52,747 bases of DNA from Candidatus Hydrogenedentota bacterium (GTDB lineage: Bacteria; Hydrogenedentota; Hydrogenedentia; Hydrogenedentales; CAIZGN01). This document shows, piece after piece, positions 46,821 to 52,747 of this stretch. The notes beneath the pieces are model-generated. The model was not told the DNA's origin and made no database searches. It saw only the letters and a list, made by a program, of their open reading frames with translations. The translations under genes were made by a program, and so were the position numbers. Numbering within the stretch: position 1 is the first letter of the stretch; each line of letters opens with the position of its first letter. The stretch is from contig CAIZGN010000208.1 in NCBI GenBank assembly GCA_903932505.1, positions 1-52,747 of the forward strand. Reading direction: 5' to 3'.

Positions 46821-47705
46821 ATGGGTTTTTTCTTGGTCATGAAAGCGGAGATTGTCCGCTCCTGGATCATCACGCGGCGGTATTGGTTCCGCACCGTCAC
46901 CGGGCTCGTCCTCAGCTACGGCATGCTGCTCGTGCTGGTTCTGGGCTTTCTCTTCAGTCAGGGCGACCCGTCGGGTGCGCCTCAGATTGCCGGGGTTCCA
47001 TCGCCCGTCAGTCTTATGCCTGCCCAGCAGGGGGAGGGTATCCTGGGCATTGTCAGCCAGGACAGTGAAAAGGCCACAAACTATATTCTGGGCTTCATCA
47101 TCGGCATCTTCGCCTTCGGCGTGGTCGGTATGTTCAGTCAGGGGCTGCAGGACATGGCGGGTTCCGGCGTTCTTGAACAGTTGTGCATGAGTCCCCACGG
47201 ACTCATCACCAATTTCCTCGCCCGATGTTTCGTCGGCTCGATCATGAGCATCTTTTCCTCAAGCATCATGGTGTGGATGGTGACCAAGACGGTTGGCGGC
47301 ATTCTGCACTTCAGCTTCGTTCCCGTGTTTACCCTGCTCTTCCTCACCTTCTGCAATCTGCTCGGATTCGGCTTCGTGGTTGGCGGGTTGGTGCTTGTCT
47401 TCAAACAGGTGGGTCAGGTCGCCATCATCCTCCGGATTGTCCTGTTCGCGCTTGCGGTGCTGGCGAAGGAGGAGCTGCTGGCCCGTGGTTGGGCCATTGC
47501 GGCCATCATGCATGCCATGCCCATCACGGACGCCGCCATTTGCCTCAAGAAGGTCCTCATACAGGACGTGGGCTTTGCGATTTTTGTGCACCCCTGTTTC
47601 TACTGGCTGATCGCGAGCTGCATATTCTGGACCACGCTCGGCATGGGGCTGTTCCGGTATTTCGAGGACTGGAGTCGCTCCAAGGGAACGCTGGGAGCCT
47701 ATTAA
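46821..47705 (+). CDS. ABC-2 type transporter permease
   Basis: GGAAGGA RBS. About six predicted TM segments. It lies directly after the ATPase gene. Confidence 0.75.
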   Translation: MGFFLVMKAEIVRSWIITRRYWFRTVTGLVLSYGMLLVLVLGFLFSQGDPSGAPQIAGVPSPVSLMPAQQGEGILGIVSQDSEKATNYILGFIIGIFAFGVVGMFSQGLQDMAGSGVLEQLCMSPHGLITNFLARCFVGSIMSIFSSSIMVWMVTKTVGGILHFSFVPVFTLLFLTFCNLLGFGFVVGGLVLVFKQVGQVAIILRIVLFALAVLAKEELLARGWAIAAIMHAMPITDAAICLKKVLIQDVGFAIFVHPCFYWLIASCIFWTTLGMGLFRYFEDWSRSKGTLGAY

Positions 47706-47706
47706 C

Positions 47707-49539
47707 ATGAAAACTGCCGGGTTGCATCGCTTTGAAGAAGAGGGAAAACGGTTTGCGGTGGACACCGAAACCTGCTTCTGCTTCGAATGCGACGCGGTCT
47801 CCTGGGATGTGCTTGAACATTACCCAGAGGCCAGCGTAGCCCGGTTGGCGCACCTGCTCGAGGGGCGGTACTCGCAGCGGGAGATCGAAGAGGTCGTCGG
47901 CGAGCTCGAATGGCTGCGATCCTGCAACTCCATCCTGCCCGCCCTTTCGCAGGAAGTGCTTCAGAAACAGTTTGACGTTGAAACCGGACTCCACACCTTC
48001 TCGCTGGACTGGCCCCTCGGTTCCATACGGCAAGTGCTTCCCCAGGCCCTGTCAATGTTCCTTGGTCGCTCAGGATTGCAGAAAAACCTGCGTTTCCAGC
48101 TCCGGCTTCCTGCGGATTTCAGTCCGTCCCCGGAACTGCTCTGGGCCTGTGCGGAAATCTTTCGCGCCGCACGCCTTGCCTCGAAAAACATGGGCCTGGT
48201 GCTGCATACCAAGGTTTCCGCCATCCGTGGAATCCCCGCCGCCCTAGCCGGGCAGGGTCTCGCCATCGAGTGGACGGTCAAGGAGGGCGAGGGCGAAACT
48301 GCGGTCTCCGGCATGGCCGCCTGCCTGAACGTTGTTTGGGGGAAGCTCGCGAAGACGCTGCAGGGCACGGTGGTTCTGTGTCCGCGCACCGGTTCGTTTC
48401 TTGAGGGGGTTCGCGAATTGGCGAAAGCCGGGTTCCCGCACATTCGCCTGGACATGGAAGGGGCTTATGCGGGATCGCCGGGCATCGATCCTGCAGACTT
48501 CACCGCAGGACTGCGCGCGACCGCACGCTTCTATGCGGAGGAGTTGCGATGCCAGCACTATTTCCGCCTCGACCCCATCGCCGAACTGTTCCACCAGATT
48601 TATGTGGGCCAGCCGGTTCGCCGCCGCGACCCGGCGGGGACCAACGAACTCGCCGTCGATGCGCGGGGCCACGTCTATCCATCGCGCGCCCTCTGCGGGA
48701 TTGACGCCTTCGACGCCGGCGGTCTCACCGAAAGTCCCCTCGATGAACGCGTACTCGACCCCTTCGAGGATCTCGGCAGCGTGACCACCCCGGCCTGCAT
48801 ACGCTGCTGGGCACGCAATCTCTGCGGTGGCGGTGCTGCAGCCGTGCACCACGCCTATACCGGATCGTTTCGGCATCCCCACGGCCCTTGGTGCGATGCG
48901 CAGCGTGCCTGGCTCGCGAATGCGGTGGCCGCCTTCAGTCTATTGTCCGCCGAGGGTATCAATTTCTCGCGCATGATTCAGGGACTCACCCCCGCCGAAA
49001 AGCCATCTTGGCGACTGCTCATGCGGGCCGCCTTCCGCATGCACATTGGTCTGCGCCCCATCGAGGAGGCCGACGCCGAATGGCTCACCCGCTGGGAAAA
49101 CTGGAACGAGGCGGCCTATTTCCTCCTGCACGAAAGCGGTCTTTTTCTTGCCACCCAATACGACCGCGAAATGGACTCCCTGCATCCCCCGGCCTATGAG
49201 AGCGAATTCGTGTTGGTGCACAAGAACAGCAAGCCCTTCGGACTGATCAAAATACGGCCCGACCGCGTACCCGGCGTCGCCCTGCTATGGCTTTACTTCC
49301 GCAATGAAGCGGACTACGCCTCCAAATCCGTCCGCGAATCGTTTCGCTTTCTCCTCGGCGAGACCGCCGGTCAGCAGCAGCTCCGACGGCTGCTGTGTCC
49401 CGCAGGGCCCGGCGATACGGGACTGGCGCAATTCTTGACCGCCGTGGGATTTCGCGAGGAGGGTGTCCTGCGTGAAGCGCTCTTCCTGCACGGCAAGCAC
49501 CACGACATCACGCTCTTCTCGTACACCGTTCCCGCTTGA
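47707..49539 (+). CDS. Fusion protein: PqqD-like RiPP recognition element + Cys-depleted radical-SAM/SPASM-like body + C-terminal GNAT domain
   Basis: The N-terminus RFAVDTETCFCFECDAVSWDVLEHYPEASVARLAHLLEGRYSQREIEEVVGELEWL fits the PqqD/RRE pattern. The SPASM-like segment is GTNELAVDARGHVYPS...TPACIRCWARNLCGGG...GPWC. No CX3CX2C occurs anywhere in the protein. The C-terminal GNAT is LRPIEEADAEWLTRWEN...LRRLLCPAGPGDTGLAQFLTAVGFREEGVLREALFLHGKHHDITLFSY. Confidence 0.7.
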   Translation: MKTAGLHRFEEEGKRFAVDTETCFCFECDAVSWDVLEHYPEASVARLAHLLEGRYSQREIEEVVGELEWLRSCNSILPALSQEVLQKQFDVETGLHTFSLDWPLGSIRQVLPQALSMFLGRSGLQKNLRFQLRLPADFSPSPELLWACAEIFRAARLASKNMGLVLHTKVSAIRGIPAALAGQGLAIEWTVKEGEGETAVSGMAACLNVVWGKLAKTLQGTVVLCPRTGSFLEGVRELAKAGFPHIRLDMEGAYAGSPGIDPADFTAGLRATARFYAEELRCQHYFRLDPIAELFHQIYVGQPVRRRDPAGTNELAVDARGHVYPSRALCGIDAFDAGGLTESPLDERVLDPFEDLGSVTTPACIRCWARNLCGGGAAAVHHAYTGSFRHPHGPWCDAQRAWLANAVAAFSLLSAEGINFSRMIQGLTPAEKPSWRLLMRAAFRMHIGLRPIEEADAEWLTRWENWNEAAYFLLHESGLFLATQYDREMDSLHPPAYESEFVLVHKNSKPFGLIKIRPDRVPGVALLWLYFRNEADYASKSVRESFRFLLGETAGQQQLRRLLCPAGPGDTGLAQFLTAVGFREEGVLREALFLHGKHHDITLFSYTVPA

Positions 49540-49558
49540 TGGCGTCGGGATCGCCGCA

Positions 49559-50098
49559 TCAACCGCCCGGCGCGGACTCCAGTATTTTCACCACCTCGGT
49601 CTGCCGCTCTTTTCTGGCAAGATCCAGCGGGGTGCGCCCGGCGCTGTTCTTCTCCGCACAATCCGCGCCGCGTGACCGTAATAAAGCCACCATGCCAGTC
49701 TGGCCGAAGAGCGCAGCCGTGTGCAGCGGTGTATCGCCGAACTCATCCTTGGCGGCAAGTGCCACACCGTGCGCCAGCAACCACACCGCCTCCGCATCCC
49801 GCCCCATCATCGCTGCGACATGCAGCGGCGTCATCCCGGTGCGGTCCCGGGTCTCAAGCGTGCCCCCGTGCTGCAACAAGAGTTCCATGAGGTCAACGCG
49901 CCCCATCGTCACGGCATAGTGCATGGACGTCTTGCCCAAGCTGTTCACGGTGTTCACACACGAAGGATCCTGTGTCAGCAGTGCTTCCAGCGCCTGTTTG
50001 TCGCCCCGGGCCACGAGGTCGTGCGGTCGATCCGCGCAACCCGCGAGGGCCAGCAACGCAACGCCCCAGACCAGCAGTTGACTATTCCTTCTTTTCAT
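49559..50098 (-). CDS. Ankyrin-repeat lipoprotein
   Basis: Start set at MKRRNSQLLVWGVALLALAGC (lipobox). Four ANK repeats are present (GKTSMHYAVTMGRVDLMELLLQHG, GMTPLHVAAMMG, GDTPLHTAALFG, GRTPLDLA). It overlaps the upstream gene by 17 nt. Confidence 0.8.
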   Translation of the reverse strand: MKRRNSQLLVWGVALLALAGCADRPHDLVARGDKQALEALLTQDPSCVNTVNSLGKTSMHYAVTMGRVDLMELLLQHGGTLETRDRTGMTPLHVAAMMGRDAEAVWLLAHGVALAAKDEFGDTPLHTAALFGQTGMVALLRSRGADCAEKNSAGRTPLDLARKERQTEVVKILESAPGG

Positions 50099-50987
50099 CC
50101 GCCGGTTCCTTCTCCGTTTTTTCGGGCTTCTCTTCCTTGATCGTTCCCCGGTGCACAAATTCCCACGATTCTGTAAACACGAGCGGGGCACCCAGCGAAA
50201 CATCCTGCGACGCGCTTTGCAGCGCGGCCCCGTAACTCCGCGTGGCATCGTCCAGCACACAGAAGAACGGCGTGGCATTGTCCGGGGTGGCATCTTCTGC
50301 GGTTGCTTTCTCAATCGTCCGTTTCCAGAATCCGGATCGATTTTCGAGGGAGAAACTGAGGACGGCGGCACCCAGCACCGCCTTGTTCACTGAACTCGTG
50401 GGGGGGACGGGGATCAGCCAGTAGTTCATGGAGCGAACCACCACCGGGGCCAATTTTTCTAACCCGGCCAACGGGAGAATCTCGGTTTTTTCCTTCTCCA
50501 CGCGGATGGTGCTGCGCAGCGGAACCCGCACCGTGTTGCGTACCGAATATCGCTTACTCTCCTGCGACTGCGCCAGCAAAGTCACCGTGTAGCGGGCTTT
50601 GGCCTCGTCGCCCTCAAGGCGCAGCTCCTTTTTCATGCGCACCCCGAGCTTTTCCGAAACCGGCCCCAGCAGGATAACGGAGTGGGCATCCTGAAACTCC
50701 ACCGAGGCGGGTCCGCGACGCAAGACCGCCTCGCGTTCTGGCGCGGGAAAGACATCCGTCACTAGACCGCCGGGATCCACCCAGCCACTACCCGCGCGGG
50801 CCTCCTCCTCAACCAGCAGCCGCTCCATGAAATTCGCGCCGCCGGGAAACCCCGCAAATTGCACAGAGAACAGCTGCGGGTCGACTTCGATCCGAATTGC
50901 GCTGTTTTCGAGAATGATCGGGCCTGCGCAAAAGCAGGCGTACATGGCAATCCACACTCCAGACACGTTTTCTCCTCCGCAGGCCAT
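50082..50987 (-). CDS. Hypothetical protein (beta-rich, lysine/glutamate-rich tail)
   Basis: A long ORF with ordinary composition. The start is uncertain, at 50987 (MACGG, GGAGGGG upstream) or 50945 (MYAC). The upstream part of the ORF track entry would run into the divergent mqnA-like gene. Confidence 0.5.
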   Translation of the reverse strand: MACGGENVSGVWIAMYACFCAGPIILENSAIRIEVDPQLFSVQFAGFPGGANFMERLLVEEEARAGSGWVDPGGLVTDVFPAPEREAVLRRGPASVEFQDAHSVILLGPVSEKLGVRMKKELRLEGDEAKARYTVTLLAQSQESKRYSVRNTVRVPLRSTIRVEKEKTEILPLAGLEKLAPVVVRSMNYWLIPVPPTSSVNKAVLGAAVLSFSLENRSGFWKRTIEKATAEDATPDNATPFFCVLDDATRSYGAALQSASQDVSLGAPLVFTESWEFVHRGTIKEEKPEKTEKEPADEKKE

Positions 50988-51062
50988 TGACTTTGAATCC
51001 CCTCCACTATACCATGCTCCGGGAAGGGCGACGCCACACGCGCCCCGGAAGAGCGAGGATCG

Positions 51063-51863
51063 ATGCGTCTGGATATCATGGAAAACGAAATCCGAATGGG
51101 TGTTGCGCCGGAGCCGTGCGCCGCGTTGTTTGCCTGCGGCATAGAGGCGCAGCCCCGCGTCGTGCTTGTGCGAGCCGAGGCGGAAACCCTTGCACAGGGG
51201 CTTGCGGAGGGTTCGATCGACTGTGCGCTGATTCCGCCGCTCGCCGCTTTCCGCATTCCCTTCTGTCGGCTCGTGCCCGGGCAGGGGGTCTGCGCGGAGT
51301 TGAAAACGCAAAGCGAACGGCTCATCGCGCGGGAGCCACAGCGGTCACTGACCCGCTTACAGGTTGCCCCGTCCGCCCGCGCGATGATCGACTGGGCGCG
51401 ACTCCTGCTCGCCGAGGAAAGCGGTTTTCTGATGGAGTGGGGTGAGTACGAGGGAGGCCCCTCAGACGACCTTCCGTCGGGAACCGGGCTGCTCTTGGGT
51501 GGCGCGGAAGGGTTGGGCTATAGCGGCACAGAAAGCTCCGCACATGACCTCGGAACCATGTGGCGAGAAAGCACAGGATTGCCCGCCGTGCTGCGGGTAT
51601 GGGCTTGCCGGTTCCGCGCTCCCTATCCCGGCATTCGCGCGTGCCTGTGGCGGGCTCGTCAGCATGGGGAAGACCACTTCGACGCCTGCGTGAAGCAATC
51701 GGCTGAAACCTTCGGAATCCCAGACGCACTTCTGCGCGACTATCTTGCGCAAACCCTGTCTTATTCCGTCGGTAGCTTGGAAGCGGACAGCCTGCGCCAC
51801 CTCGTGGCGATGGCACACCGCCACGGCCTCTTCCCCGAGCCCCCGGGCCTACAATTCTGCTGA
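51063..51863 (+). CDS. mqnA: Chorismate dehydratase MqnA-like (futalosine menaquinone pathway)
   Basis: HDLGTMWRESTGLPAVLRVWACR closely parallels the MqnA block HDLG..W...TGLPFVFAVWA.R as I remember it. The size and N-terminal IRMGV fit. The start may be 51063 or 51078. Confidence 0.65.
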   Translation: MRLDIMENEIRMGVAPEPCAALFACGIEAQPRVVLVRAEAETLAQGLAEGSIDCALIPPLAAFRIPFCRLVPGQGVCAELKTQSERLIAREPQRSLTRLQVAPSARAMIDWARLLLAEESGFLMEWGEYEGGPSDDLPSGTGLLLGGAEGLGYSGTESSAHDLGTMWRESTGLPAVLRVWACRFRAPYPGIRACLWRARQHGEDHFDACVKQSAETFGIPDALLRDYLAQTLSYSVGSLEADSLRHLVAMAHRHGLFPEPPGLQFC

Positions 51864-51869
51864 CTCCGA

Positions 51870-52523
51870 CTATACCGCTAGTCCCCAGATATCGAGATGC
51901 CGATCCGTGGCAGCCGCCACACGAAGTGTGCCCAAACCACTGTCCACCAGTTGCTGCCACACTTCCTTCACGGTGTACGCGGCGAGAAAGGAGCGATAGA
52001 ACTCCTCCTGCAACAAGGCGGATTCCTTCCCGGCATATTGTTGCACGAGCCGATGGGCCTCAGCCTCCGAAGCGGGCCGCATGAGATCCCGAAAGAAGAT
52101 GGGCGTGCCCGGTTTGGCCAGACGCCGCACCTCGCTCCATAGCTCGGCGGGTTCGGCCACATGATGCAGTATGCTGTTTGAGAACACGAGAGAGAAGGTG
52201 TGATCTGGAAACGGAACGCCCCGCGCATCGGCAATCACCCAATGCGGCGCGATATCAGGCCCTGCGTTTTTTCGGGCATGTCGCAGCATGGCCGCAGAAG
52301 CGTCCAGACCCACCACATCCCAGCCCGGTCGCGCCTGACGCACCCGCAGCGCAATGTCCCCGGGCCCGCAGCCCAAATCCAGCGTGCGAATAGCCGAAGG
52401 TCCTGGTGCCACCTCCAGCAAACGCGTCACAAACGCAGCGTTTACCTCCGCAAAATCAGCCTCGGCATAAGCCCGCGCTTCCTCCGGGTCATCCATCCAT
52501 TCGGGTTCCGGTTTGCGATCCAT
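51870..52523 (-). CDS. Class I SAM-dependent methyltransferase
   Basis: SAM-binding motif I is TLDLGCGPGDIAL. Post-I/II-like blocks are VVGLDAS and LVFSNSILHHV. Confidence 0.8.
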   Translation of the reverse strand: MDRKPEPEWMDDPEEARAYAEADFAEVNAAFVTRLLEVAPGPSAIRTLDLGCGPGDIALRVRQARPGWDVVGLDASAAMLRHARKNAGPDIAPHWVIADARGVPFPDHTFSLVFSNSILHHVAEPAELWSEVRRLAKPGTPIFFRDLMRPASEAEAHRLVQQYAGKESALLQEEFYRSFLAAYTVKEVWQQLVDSGLGTLRVAAATDRHLDIWGLAV

Positions 52524-52572
52524 ATAATTCCTCCTGTTTCTTTCGTCTAGTGCAACGATGCTGCTGCGGGGT

Positions 52573-52725
52573 CAACATCCCCGGGTGCTCCGCACCACCC
52601 CCTTCGAAGGGGGATTTTTTGCCGTGCTTCGCTCGGCCTTACTTTGTTCAACGGGGCATTTCTGTGCGCAAAGCGCAATCAAATCCCCCTTTGAAGGGGG
52701 TGGTGCGGAGCACCGGGGGATGTTG
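52573..52725. repeat. 45-bp imperfect terminal inverted repeats flanking a 63-bp core (MITE/REP-like or large hairpin)
   Basis: The left arm is 52573-52617 (CAACATCCCCGGGTGCTCCGCACCACCCCCTTCGAAGGGGGATTT). The right arm is 52681-52725 and is its reverse complement with 2 mismatches. Each arm contains its own palindrome, such as CCCCCTTCGAAGGGGG at 52598-52613. Confidence 0.7.
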
Positions 52726-52747
52726 TTCCCCGCCTTAAAACATGCCA

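Noticed and set aside
49559-51311. Long N-terminal extensions of the ORF-track entries 49559-50371 and 50082-51311
   Set aside because: The extensions are R/P-rich. They overlap the neighbouring gene or the divergent mqnA-like gene. Internal starts give a lipoprotein signal (MKRRNSQLLVWGVALLALAGC) and an RBS-supported start, respectively.
52573-52725. A CRISPR array or IS element at the window end
   Set aside because: There are only two copies, in inverted rather than direct orientation. The core is 63 bp and holds no transposase ORF. ORF 52406-52738 across it is implausible.

Overview
GC-rich bacterial chromosomal window, probably from an uncultured lineage. The prepilin-type pilin, ExeA/GspB pair and secreted ankyrin and LRR proteins fit an environmental Gram-negative, but taxonomy cannot be fixed from sequence alone. 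About 40 protein-coding genes are supported. I found no rRNA, tRNA, CRISPR array or transposase.

Gene content, left to right:
- A four-domain sulfur-trafficking flavoprotein.
- A PlsC-like acyltransferase fused to an alpha/beta hydrolase.
- A sugar-type ABC binding protein and ATPase with no permease, translationally coupled to a GH3-like/PKD protein.
- A prepilin-type pilin with a sigma54-like promoter, divergent from a leaderless XRE regulator.
- A secreted protein with two ExbD-like domains and many ankyrin repeats.
- Two oxidoreductases and an HDOD hybrid histidine kinase.
- A long run of minus-strand genes: TIM-barrel-like secreted protein, tandem pilin-like protein, ExeA/GspA, GspB-like, binding protein, GT2.
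- An isolated phage terminase module.
- A roughly 1500-aa lipoprotein adhesin with Big_2, CarboxypepD_reg, PPC and LRR domains.
- A sulfotransferase and an mtlD-like/Gfo-Idh-MocA pair.
- A lytic transglycosylase with five LysM domains.

The most interesting region is 42.6-49.5 kb. A promoter is followed by five tandem paralogous small ORFs of 40-62 aa, four of which are absent from the ORF track. A tightly packed operon follows: two GNATs, a CPBP intramembrane protease, an ABC-2 exporter, and a 610-aa fusion of a PqqD-like RRE, a cysteine-depleted rSAM/SPASM-like body and a GNAT. This has the layout of a RiPP or bacteriocin cluster but lacks any class-defining enzyme of a known family. I propose it as a candidate undescribed peptide-modification system.

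All functional calls come from motif reading of the translated ORFs. No database search was possible.
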